From Phoronis australis (taxonomy: Eukaryota > Animalia > Phoronida): a DNA stretch of 64,000 bases. Below the pieces are notes generated by a model. That model was given only the letters and a program-made list of their open reading frames with translations. It was not told the DNA's origin and did no database searches. This document shows, piece after piece, positions 14,286 to 26,450 of the stretch. The stretch covers positions 444,219 through 508,218 of the forward strand of contig NMRA01000227.1 in the NCBI GenBank assembly GCA_002633005.1, in the 5' to 3' direction. Position 1 is the stretch's first letter. The number at the start of each line of letters is the position of its first letter. A program made the position numbers and the translations under genes.

Positions 14286-15515
14286 AACAAGAGCAACGCG
14301 GAGTGTTGAAATGCGCCCACGAATGCACCGCAAACAGTTTGCTTCTAGGGTTGTTTGTTTCATAAAAATGGCCACTAGATGGCGCAAAAAGGTCCAATCC
14401 ACCTGAAAACAGGTATATGCTATCGCTTTTTTAATAGAAAGCTGTTCACCAAATTTCATAAAAATCTATCAAGGAAATTCAGAGAAACAAAGGAAAATGG
14501 AAAAAATGAAATTGCCAGTATAGGGCACAGCATTCATTGGATCTGCCATCGTCTGTTGTTAGCTTCATATAAATACGATTACTAAATTTAATAAAGATCC
14601 TGCAGTGGGTTTAGGAGATGCAGCTATTGGAGCAAAACAAAACAAAAATACAACTAGGAGGTGTCACAGTAGTCGAATTTGTCATCGTCGACCGTCCTCT
14701 TCACACTGACAACATATATGCCAATTTCCAAAATCATTCTTACAATGGTTTGGTTGATCGAGGGGTGTATGTAAAAAACAGACTCAAAAACAGCAAAAGT
14801 GGCCACTAGGTGGCGCAAAGTACCTTGATTCCATCCGAAAATGTGAGGATAGCATCATCTCACCAATAGATGACTATATTCCAAATTTTCTGAAAATCCG
14901 ATAAGGACCTATAAAGATACAGGTAAACCTAAAAAAACTAAAATTGCCACTAGGGGGCACACCGGTTGTCAGATCCGTCCGAAAGTTGTCGTCATCCGTT
15001 GTCAACTTCATATAAATAGACTTGCTAAATTTAGTAAAGATCCTGCGAACAGTTTAGGAGATACAGCCATTGGCACAAAAGAAACAAAACTGTCTTCATA
15101 ATAAAAACATACATGCCAATTTTCACAAGCATCCTAAGAGCGGTTTGGTTGATAAAGGGGTGACGCCAAAAAACATTCGAAAACAGCAAAAATGGCCACT
15201 ACATCGAATCTATCCGAAAAATGGGGGATAGTGTCATCTCACTAATAGATGCCTATATGCCAAATTTTATGATAATACGTGGAGGACCTTTGAACATACA
15301 GAGGTAAAGGTCAAAAATTTAAATTGCCACTAGGGGGCACACCGATAGTTGGATCCATCCGAAAGTTCAGTCATGCCGTGCCATCCATGAAAGGAACATA
15401 TATGCAAAATTTCATGAATGTACGTGAAAGGCTTTTAGAGATAGAGCAGCAGACACCTGACGGAGGTGACTCGACGGCATAATGCGTCCACATATAAATG
15501 TGAGGCCACATAAAA
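14286..15515 (+). mobile_element. Helentron-associated interspersed element (HINE/DINE-1-like), family A copy 1
   Basis: Starts AACAAGAGCAACGC...ATGCGCCC, has internal tandem core units, and ends with the stem-loop ATGCGTCCACAT...ATGTGAGGCCACAT. Colinear with 28876-29953. Confidence 0.78.
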
Positions 15516-16130
15516 ATCCTTAGCCAAGTTAGAAAAACCCAAATATTTTACATTTTACACAGACTAATGATTGGATAGCATAACACATAGCTATCTTGTA
15601 AAAAAACAGCCGAGACATTCAGTAAGTGCAGCTGAGATCTCCACGAAAGTAAATTCTTCCTATCACATGCAATCCAAAAAACAGAATTAGCTGAAGATAA
15701 TCAATTCTAATGTGATTGAATTACAAGCAGCAGAGGCATAGTACTAACAACTGTAATAGCAATATATGCTGGTTGAATAGTTGGCCCTCATTGCATGGTT
15801 ATCGCATCCTTATCATTTCTGTCAGTTCACAAAACAAGGCTCCTCTATTTGAACTGGAGGCAGATGGAGAGATATTTTACTGTGTTAGCCACATCATGAC
15901 ATCGGCAGGATTGAGTGAACAGGTTATGTTAACCACTAACTCATAAGTTGGAGAGGCAGTTAAAGAAAGTGTCTACCAAGGAACAGTAGGCCATGTGAAG
16001 TAAAACAAACAGAATGAAGACAATGAGGGTGATGATGATATCATTTAGGCCGTGATGCTTTTGGCAGCACCACAAACATGCCCGATAGGACATAAGTGAC
16101 GCCATCAACCATGCAGAGGAAGCTGATATT

Positions 16131-16630
16131 GATGACAGTGTGCTGACATTGCCAGGCAATGCTGTCACCAACTGCAATGATGGCAGCATGCTGAGATTTC
16201 CAGACAAGGTTCCCGACAACCGCATAGACAGCAGCATGTTGACATTGCCAAACAATGTTGCCACCAACCGTAATGATAGCAGCATGCTGACATTGCCAGA
16301 CAATGCTCCCACCAATTGCATAAACAGCAGCATGCTGACATTTCCACACAATGGTGTCACCAACTGAAATTATGGCAGCATGCTGACATTGTCAGATGCT
16401 GCTGCCACCAACTGTAATGACAGCATGCTGACATTGCCAGACAATGCTGTCACCAAATGTAATGATGACAGCATGCTGACAATGCCACACACTGCTGCCA
16501 ACAACAGAAATGATGACAGCATGCTGACATTGTCAGACAATGCTGCCCCCAACTGTAATGATGACAGCATGCAGACATTGCCAGACAATGCTGCTACCAA
16601 ATGTAATGATGACAGTATGCTGCCACCAAT
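16131..16630. repeat. 48-bp minisatellite, about 10 copies
   Basis: Unit gacagcatgctgacattgccagacaatgctg(c/t)cacca(a/c)tgtaatgat. Confidence 0.92.
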
Positions 16631-18746
16631 TGCACTGGTTTAGAGACACGGGTCTCATGTGGTATATAAAATCAGAAGGCACCAAGGACAATGATGGTCT
16701 TACAGATCTATTACAGAATAGGGGTGAAAACTGCCATTTCAGATACTACTTTGCATTAAAACCTACTTGAGGTTATGGCATGAAAGCTACTTGTTTGATG
16801 GTCCTACCATGAAGCTGACCCACTTTGCTTTCCTTATGATACCAGCACACCATAACCTAGAGTGACATGCATCCTTGTCAAACACACATGACTGGAAGGT
16901 AGGGCACCTTCAATACTATGGGCTCCGTAACAGCAGTGTGTTGAGTCCCATGTTTTGCCACAATACAAATCAGCTCAGACACAAATTATTGGCCCAACAT
17001 TTTCGTAAAAGAATTAATACGAAGTTAATTATCAAAGCATAGCGAAAAAATCCACACTAGTACCACCCAAAAGCAATGGAGCTATTCCACAAACTTTACA
17101 TTATTAGAGGGCACGCATGTACTAGTGGTCAGTGATAGACTAAGCAGCCTCGATTTTGGGAACCCTTTAAATACATGGTGAAATGACTTGCAGCCGTGCC
17201 AACTGAATCTGAGATTGCGTGAAAAGGGTACTTCTATGAGAGGAAGCATGACATTATACAAAGGTAGGGTTTGTGCATTGTGATTATTTTAACGATTCTT
17301 CCATGTTTACAATACTGATACCTGTTAATTGAGGTACTGCCCGATGTTGATTTCGCGGCAGTCGCCAGTCGGTTAATCATTATTTGTTGTGATGACTGAT
17401 GTGTGTTACGGTACTTGACATAACACTCGGGATCTTTTTGTATATCAAAGCAGGATTATTAATGTTTGTGGAATGATTTCTAACAGGTTTATCAGTGACA
17501 GTTACATCAATCAATGCTGAATGTTTATGCTGTCAACTCGATATTTGTTAGTGAGGTAAGATTACAATCCAAGCCTTAAGGGTACCTGACAACCAATATG
17601 TTTACTCCCTATCCTATGTCCTCAGGAAATCTATTACATATTGACATGGAAATATATCATGTCCGTTTTCACCTGACCTTTGGTTTTTAGGTTTGAGGAC
17701 TAGTACCGTGCAGAGGAGATATGCATCGCTTCTGCACCGTCCCTGAATGGACAAAAATTGGGTTTAAGCAGTTAACTGCAGGCAGCTGACAGCAAGATCT
17801 TCCTATCCAGTGCAGATCTGTTGTCAAAGCCTACTTTCTATATCGGCGACAAAGAACAAAGCCTTTGGAAAGGGATAGCTATTTTTAAAGAAAGTTATAG
17901 AAGTTTTGTTAATTTACTTCTTTAGGTACTTAGCGGGAGGTTGGGAATAGGGGGTTGGGGGTTGTAAAATGTGGTGCAACTGAATGTGTGGAAATAACAG
18001 GTAATAGTGCCCAGGAGAAAGAGCATGGTGAGGTAATTCTTAACCTTCATGAAGTTCTTTCACTGTTTTGCTATCCATTGTAAACCCCTAAAAACCTATT
18101 ACATTCTCTGAATTATCAACAACTGGACAGTCTTAACTCCTGCCTTGAAATGTTGCTAGTCGTTTATAAATTCATAAGACTGTCATTTTTGTGAAAATTG
18201 CATTTTTGATGTGAACATATGAGTGAGGTCGTATTTGAACATATTATTCTTTCAGCCAATGAACAAACAATGGTGCCTTAGGATGATTTTTAATTACCCT
18301 TAAACAACAGAAAGATAATCCATCATTTTTAAGTGACCCAAGTTTTCATATCCTTTATTACAAGAAAAATAAAAAATCTCAGAAACCGTTCCCTCAGCCT
18401 TAGACCAGAACTGTGCTTGACAGACCCAGGAATCTGTAATCGGTGTTTATAATTGCTGAAAGTAAAAATTCATAAGGCTTGAAAATGGGTAACAAAGGTT
18501 TGAAGTTGTCTCAAATAACTTGAATATTTTACAGACAAGTGATGCGTTTAAAGCATTGTTATGGCTAGGACTGAAAAATAAACACACGGCTGTATACAAA
18601 TCAATACTTATTATATTATATTATATACACCCTTATATAATTATTTAATTTTGTGTGAAATTGTAAAGCATATTTTTGAAAAACAAGGGCAACGTTTTTG
18701 ACCAACATGACATACTTAATTATTCATGTTCCAATATTTGTTTCAG

Positions 18747-19264
18747 ATTCAGTGACATTTTTAAAGCCACTTGAATCCGCAACACAGACAAGCTTTGTTA
18801 CTCCTTTCTCTTCCAAAAGCATGTTGTCCACACACCAGCAGTGTTGCATGGCACAATGTACAAGCCAGTGGCCCTGGAGAAACGTGAATCGCAGTACTAC
18901 GTTACCATACGAAAATGTACCAGTGGATTGTTTGTGTATGAAGAGGAACTATATCTGACTGACACACCAGCCTCATAGGTGAGGATGTCCTTTCAAAGGC
19001 AATGAATCACGTGTGGACAACAGTAGCTCATTTCCTTTCCTGGAAGACACATTGAGGGACCGAAGCTAAAGAAGACCTAGTAGCAATCTGGTCTAGTTCA
19101 GGGTCAGATTTTGGGCAGAAAGCTAGTCAAGTGATATGGTGTTGTATTTACCTTCAAGGATCTAATTGTGGACTTCATCGAGGCTGAATGAGGTTACATG
19201 AAGGAAAGTCACATGCCTAAACTGGACCTTTTTTACAAGCGCTTCTATAGGCCATTGAAACTAG
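18747..19264 (+). pseudogene. YqaJ/lambda-exonuclease-like remnant
   Basis: My translation after tttcag|: FSDIFKAT*...TPAVLHGTMYKPVALEK...GLFVYEEELYL..TP..LIGED...VQGQ...VVFTFKDL...MPKLDLFYKRFYRP, with stops and frameshifts. Confidence 0.78.
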
Positions 19265-20039
19265 ATCCCTGTGAAATGAAAACCAAAAGCATCTGGTATA
19301 AATACCAGTCCTTTCTCACTGAGTGATATTAACTTTTCCTTTCAGAAGAAAGGATTTCTACTAAAGGTAAAAACTTTTCAATGTGGTACGCATTATGCGG
19401 AAATGACATTCAGGAACTGCATTGATCGTCTTATTGTCAGTAAAAAGCCCGTTAATGTTACACTTTGATGATTGAATAAATTTTTCATCAACAGGCAAGT
19501 TTGTCACTAATTCTTCAAGCCACAACATTTCTTCAGTTTTAAAGCCCCTTACAGTGCAGTTAAGCTGCTTCTTTATAAAGCTGAAGTGATTACCGATTAC
19601 GCTTGCGAATTATCATTTTCCTGTTGACCTATAGATATGTCCCGCGGTCAAAACAAAGTATTCCCTTTGATTACATTTGATTTGTTTACGTGTGAAACTA
19701 TTTTAGAGCTTTCTTAAGAAGACCTTTGAACAGTTTTCAGTTTTGTGTTAACTTGTCTATAACAAAAGTTCCACATGCAAGTTAAGTATGTTTTCAATCA
19801 CAACTAGCTCGATAAGAATCTGCTATGCACAAGATTCGAGAAGAAACAATAATCAGTATATTTAAAAACAAAATGGCAAACTGAACAACCACATACATAA
19901 AAAGGAACATCATTTGTTAAAAACAATAATTGTAATTTTCCCAATGCAACACAGTCCATTATGAGGTATATCAAGGGGTGACTTTCTGAATTGAGAGGTT
20001 CAATTCTCTCAGGTTACGTATTGCTGAAGGACTGATTTT

Positions 20040-20774
20040 CACTTTGTCGAAAGGTAAAATGGAAAGTAAGGTGGCTGGTTTCAGTCATTTTCTCTCACCT
20101 GTAACAGAATAGTCAGAGAAATATTAGCAAATTATAAAAGAAAACACAAGACAAAACTACTTTTGTAAGGCAAAACTTATTATCATATCATCTTTATGTT
20201 TATACGTAGAAACTAATAATCTTTGTACCCAAGCCTTATTTAAGATCTCAATTTAAGATATGTGAAACAGGCTAAAATAGATTTAAGAATGAGTATTTTT
20301 CATGACACCCAAAATGTGTTTCCGGTCTCAACAAATAAATTCATTCTAGGAGTCAATATTTATTCCAGTGCAATGTTACAAATTTACTGAATAGCTCATT
20401 CATGTTTATTCGATAACTATAATCTGGTAGTCTTGGGGATGGGGTCCGTTATAAAATAAGGAAACTCACTCATCTAGAGAATTTTATTGGACATAGCATA
20501 GTTTTGTAAAGTAACTGCTGTGAAAAAGTCACCCTTGACTTCTGAGCGCCACGTCCCATACACCTCTTATATTGGGAGCACTCCCACCCAGGACAATAAT
20601 GGAAAAGCATAGAGCAAACACACGGGCGAGAGGCTTCAGCATCCATACACTTTTTGCCACTTGGTTGAGCCTTTTGACCGCAATTCTCCACGCCTGTAGT
20701 AACTTTAGGTCTTTTGGGAATTTGCGACCACCTATCAAAAAATTGCACCCGAAAAAATAGCAATAATAAGGCTT
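20040..20774 (-). pseudogene. THAP-domain remnant in two exons
   Basis: PYYCYFFGC...KFPKDLKLLQAWRIAVKR...W...RV/VCSMLF at ~20600-20774. After acceptor ttacag| at 20098 comes GERK*LKPATLLSILPF, resembling the THAP AVPTIF-type tail. Confidence 0.75.
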
Positions 20775-21486
20775 AGCGAGCGAGACAATGTATTTTGATA
20801 ACAATTATGTCTGTTTACCAGCTGCTTACATGCAGACAGCGACGCATGCGCAATTCAATCACCACTAGTACAGCAACGACACCACATTGAAGGGCCCATT
20901 ACAAAACTATGATACCAGTTAAATCTACATACAGAATGCTCAATAATCTGGCTGTTGCCAAATGATAGCGGGAATATTTGAGCTTTTTACTAACACAACA
21001 ACTATGGAAATTGCATTCTTACCAATTTCATAATTAAAAATTAAAATTAAAAATATGAACTTAAGAAATAATGACCACTGTCATATTGTGAATCATTGTA
21101 GTTTATAGTATGCAAATATCATTTTCTACCTTTGCAACTTGAAAACTTTCTGAATAATTAACTTCAAGATGCCCGATCAACATTGGATAACTCACTAAAC
21201 TAATCAACTATAGAGTAAGTTTTTTAATATTTAAACAGTACAAACCATGGATTTTTGCACATTTCGAATTACCGGTGGACACAGACTAAATGTATGACGC
21301 AAAATTTAGCCAAATCCATGATTATTTTGTGTCATTAGCTCGAAATTTTGATTTCTCTTTCAATTTCGCCAATTTTCACATTTCCCGCCATGTGACATCA
21401 TGGGTTGAACACAAGAGATCAGCGACTAGCATTGAACAACGCCGGAGAGTAGGGAATTTGAAAGCGACAACGATTATGAGCAAGAA

Positions 21487-22000
21487 ATGAACAAATACTA
21501 TGAAGAAACGTACGAGAATGGTGGCCAGGATGACGAAATGGGATTGCACGAAAGCGAAAACGAGTTTGATATGTTTTCAGCTGCGTACTTTTATACTTTG
21601 AGGTCTTACGAACTGGATCCTCCCACGAGAGAAGCGGCCTCGGGCTCGGCCAGTCAACCCAGTCATCCAACAGACGATCCTGAATAAAGAGCCGATGTTT
21701 CTGAATGATAAATATTGTCCTTTATTGAACCAGGCCTCCATCGTAACATCTCCTGTGACTGGAGTCGAAACACGAGTCCTCAAAGTGGGCAGAACACAGA
21801 GTGGCTCCGGACAGAATCGCTTGGTCCACGCTGAGGTCCCACACTCTCGTTCGGCGCACGAAGCGATGCCACTACTCAGTGTGCAACTTTGGTGTCCTTC
21901 GGAACACCGAGACGTTTTCCGTCTGACTGCTGTTGCTGCAGCCTCCGCAAACACATCTTTTCATCCCTCTAAGAACCTTCTCGACGCTAAATATACTTTA
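21487..22000 (+). pseudogene. Possible KolX / P2X7-C-terminal-like remnant
   Basis: Acidic N-terminus, SYELDPP (cf. PYxFEP), RADVSE*, and later degenerate FGVL..RRFPS..C...LRKH.F across frames. Confidence 0.4.
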
Positions 22001-25000
22001 CTTTCACTTCACTCTATACACTTAGTTGTTGATCCGAACAGTGTGCCAAACGACTTGGGTTCAACCCATGACGTTGTACATAATTATTATTTTTTACATG
22101 TTTCTTTATGAGCTGTGCACTAAGGGCACTGAAATCAAGTAAGATATAATAATAAAATTTATTTTGAGGTACTAGAGTCATGTTGCGTACACTTTAAATC
22201 CAGCTCACAGAGCTATTGAGCAAGTTTTTTGAACATTTGAATAGAGCACACAGAATGCAACATAGCACAGTACATGTACTGTGAAACAGCAGCTGGTGGT
22301 GTGACATTATATATCCATTATCTGGTCAGCAAGTCAATGACCAGCATCTTCTCCAGCACTCAATCAATATCAAGATCCCTACACAGGCCTGTACTACATA
22401 CTGGTCATAATGACACACTCTTCTACAGCAACTAGCAATCTTGTTCAAAACAAGTACAACAAGGCTGCTATTTCATGTGCAAAGCAAGAGAATAACATCT
22501 GATAGATTTAACACAGTACAATACTACCCCAAGTTGACAACACAGTACAGCACTCAATTTGGCGACTTCCAGTGTCATTAAGGCCGTTCAATGTTCGCCA
22601 AATGTGAAACCCCAGAATTTATTTTCATTTCAATGTACGAGATTTTAAGTTTTGGTGACCTCAGACTTCGTTTGGAGACCTGGGAATTTCGCCAGTGCAA
22701 TACAACCCCAAAGTTGACAATCCCAAATCTTTACTACAGGCAATCATAATGCAGTAAAAGTAAAACTTGATGAGTCAGATCCAAGCATAATGCGAAATTT
22801 CATCCAACTACCATGTGAAGAAATGCCATGTATCTTAAAAGCGCCAAGTGCGCGATCTAGTGTGTAATAGTATCCTTGAATTTTGTACGAGTTGAGCGAG
22901 AGTCCAACTAAAGCACGTCCGACTTTAGCGACTTTTACTGAAAGAATATAACCTGAGCAAAAAAACAAAACTTCAAAAATGGTAGCCCACATATCACTGT
23001 AATATGCATGCCGTGTAACAAGATGAGGAATTATTAGGAAAAAGATAGCTGGGTACAAGTGACATGTGGACACAACTGACCACAAGTTGTGAGGAAGTGC
23101 AAGTGTATCCCATTCACTATGCACATGACTGAAGCAATCAACCTCAACCAATAGTTACCAATAAGCTTCCAGCTTGGACCATATGGGTCCTTTTCTAGCA
23201 CTACGCCTATGCAAAGAGCCAGTCTTTGAGCACTATATAGTATACCAGCAGCTCTGGAACACCTCTAGGTCTGAACACAGCTAACAAAAGGTAATATCAA
23301 AATGTACTGATGGTCAAGGGGAATTTAAAGGAACGTGGCACTAAGCCCTCCCCCCACTATGCCTCACTATTTTACTGTAATTCTCTAGTCCTCAATCAAC
23401 ATAAAACTATTTGATACCAACCCTTAACTTGAATATAATGATCAACAGATAATTCAGGCATCAGGGCTAGTGAAGTGAGAGTGGCAATCCAATCAGCCAT
23501 GACCATGCTACCATATCTAGGCTCGTGGCACTGGCTATGACAGAGCTGAAGCCATTCGCCAACTTGGCGAATGCTTTCGCAACTAGACAACAAAAATTTA
23601 TTTCAGGAAACCTACTCGCGTGTCAGCTCCAATCAAGTCACGCCACAAACGAAACTCTTTCTTAGATTCGAAGTCCTAAACATAGCAAGTGAATGTTCCA
23701 TTTCATGTGTGTCATTCCCCTGAGATCACTCTTTTACCGCAACTAAATGTTCAAATGTGGGTTAAGCACTCTTTGTAATGGCAATTTTTCGCTTCATAGC
23801 TAGATCTCGTGTAGGTGCTGCAGCTTGTCGTCTGCAAGTAACAATGGCAAAATGACGACTAGAAGACTACTTTGGTGGCAAACGTGACCCAGTCTCTCCA
23901 TAACTTTTTACTCGTAGGGTGGTGTAAGCTACTCCGACAGTATTAAATTACTCAGGGATAAAACTGAACTGAGATGAGCTGACTAGCTGATTCAAAACTC
24001 ATGCAATATAAACTCGAGGTTTAAATTTATTATTTCCATATTACATGACCTCTCATAATTCATTAGTAACTTTACCTTTTAATGCATAATATGTCGTGCC
24101 AAATATTTATTTGAGACTTGACACTTACTGGTTTTCTTTTCAAGGAGTATGAGGTGAAGACGACGCCGGGAAGAATGAGCTTGTTAAATATTTTTACATC
24201 AAAATACGTCACGTCATACCTAGTTAGCTCGCTAGATGTTGAAAGCGTAAAAAGCTATTGAGATACTAAGATGTGCTTGCATTTTGGTTGTGGCCGAAAG
24301 AAAGAAAGGTAAAATGAATGTCAACTTGTTTCTTAATGAGCTTTATATTCACTACTCTGCACGATTCCGCTTTATTTTGCAATTCAGAGGTTATGTTGAT
24401 TGGCATTTTTGGACCTAAATGTCTAGCTCATCAAAAGCCCACGTAGCCAGTGTACCCCCGACGTAACCCAGGAATGGGAGGAATCCCTGCCCAAATTTTT
24501 TGTTGGTCAACATCAATGAAATGCCTAAATTTTTTTCAGGTCAACATCATGTCCCCAGCGTACCTCCGTCGTAACTTGGGATAGGGGGAACCCTGCCCAA
24601 ACTTTTTAGTTAATCATAAAACCCATGTTGGCAGACATCTCCTCCAACTGTTCGGTTGCTATGCTATATGACCTTGGAATGTTGATCATTTTTTTTTCTT
24701 AAGGCAAACGTCTTTTCTTATACCAGTAGTGTAGCGGTGTTTTCATTATTGCGGGGGTGGGGAAAAGAGAAAGTATTTGGCTAATAATTTTTGAAAATTG
24801 CTAAAAGTTTTCAGATGCTTTAGACATTTTGACGAATACCTTTAAAAGTGTATCAACAGAGATATACCATCACCAAATGATAGTTTGGTTGAACTACAAC
24901 CAACTACTGGAGATTAAACATCTGTACCTAGACTGATGCAATAAATGACCACAGACAGATGGAAATGTTATGCAATTTTGTCTGCTTGTAATGCATGAGA

Positions 25001-25633
25001 TTACTGGCTGATGCATACTTTCAACATTTTAAGACAATTAGCATGCAAGGTATAACAGGCAGTTAACAATAACTGCTTTTTAACATGTTTGCTATACTAA
25101 CCAGATAACTTGTAAATGAGAAAGGGAAAAAAACTGCCGCCTTTGGAAAAATGAAGTACCTCAAAGCTACTATAACGCACATCATGGGAGTGTTATTCAC
25201 CAGTCCCAGACACTTAGTTTAACGTGAAGACTTCACGTGAAATTCGGTGACTAAAATAAAAAAACGGAGGGCGAAGTCTCAGGTTGCGGAAACCGAATCT
25301 CTAAATAAGGTTTTTGCCAATTTCTGCGTCGCTGATTGTATGTCATGCCAGCTCTGTTTGAATAGGTGCTGCTGATAGGTGGTGCTGATATTACTTCAAA
25401 GCATAACTTCACAAAAACTGAATGTTTTGTGAAAAACAGTGGACATAACAACCTTGCCATTTTTAACGAAATTGGAAACAATAAGTGACCAAGAAATTTC
25501 ATATCTGAAACATTTTAATACACTTGAGAATTAATGTATCGTGCAAGTTCTTATAAGCAAGTAATCCAACCCAATTTCTTATGAGCAAGTAATCCAACTT
25601 TCAAAACAAAAGATTTAGCTTCTACATGAGCAT

Positions 25634-25912
25634 CTCAGAAGACATTCTGTTACGTGTCAATACTTCTCAGGAGACATTCAGTGAATAAATGAACATCAGT
25701 TCAGACCTATTAGGTGTCAATACTTCTCAGGAGACATTCAGTGAATAAATGAACATCAGTTCAGACCTGTTACGTGTCAATACTTCTCAGGAGACATTCG
25801 GTGAATAAATGAACATCAGTTCAAACCTGTTACGTGTCAATACTTCTCAGGAGACATTCAGTGAATAAATGAACATCAGTTCAAACCTGTTACGTGTCAA
25901 TACTTCTCAGGA
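25634..25912. repeat. 60-bp tandem repeat, about 4.6 copies
   Basis: Consecutive 60-nt lines are almost identical (gtgaataaatgaacatcagttca...ggagacattca). Confidence 0.95.
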
Positions 25913-26318
25913 AAACACCTATCGAGATTCAATTCGAACTAAAATACTTCAATTTAAATACAAACAGTCTTTCACCATACATATGCATCAAAAATATTTC
26001 AATTTAAATACAAACAGTCTTTCACTGTACACATATGCATCCTGTCAATGTCTTTTGTTCCTCCAAACGCACACAAAAATTTTGGTAATTAAGATATCTT
26101 ATGCACTCCCAATGTCATGAAAGTCGACCTCGATGTGATTTAAAATTTACATGCTATAGACATGCGCAGAACTGGTTCAGTCGCCTTTAGATTTGGGTAA
26201 CTGAATAGATGATTGTTCAAAGTGAAAATGTTGATTGTGAGACTATTTGATGGGTTTGAATGGATTTAAAGTAAAGATTCCAGCCTCCTCCAGGATATCC
26301 CTCTGCACTCGATAAGTA

Positions 26319-26450
26319 GGCAACGTGTAGCCCCTCAGTTGGCTGGCTAGGGGCTACAACACTGGCAACGTGTAGCCCCTCAGTTGGCTGGCCAGGGCCT
26401 ACTACACTGGCAACGTGTAGCCCCTCAGTTGGCTGGCTAGGGGCTACAAC
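26319..26450. repeat. 45-bp tandem repeat x3 with an internal hairpin
   Basis: Unit ggcaacgTGTAGCCCCTcagttggctggctAGGGGCTACAacact. Confidence 0.9.

Larger units (their letters stand above)
17078..20897. mobile_element. Decayed ISL2EU-like (PHIS group) DNA transposon with convergent ORFs
   Basis: AT dinucleotide on both sides (17076-77, 20898-99); imperfect termini GGAGCTATTC / GAAGGGCCC; subterminal inverted TGTACTAGTGGT at 17118-29 and 20861-72; YqaJ remnant on + and THAP remnant on -. Confidence 0.65.

Noticed and set aside
15941-16643. Repetitive ORFs on both strands (SMLTLPDNAATNCNDD etc.)
   Set aside because: By-product of a 48-bp minisatellite whose unit is a multiple of 3; no gene structure.
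19300-19900. DDE core or second YqaJ on the minus strand (IGQQENDN...)
   Set aside because: No sustained motif match by eye.
25634-25912. Regularly spaced repeats resembling a CRISPR array
   Set aside because: Head-to-tail 60-bp units with no unique spacers, no cas genes and a eukaryotic context.
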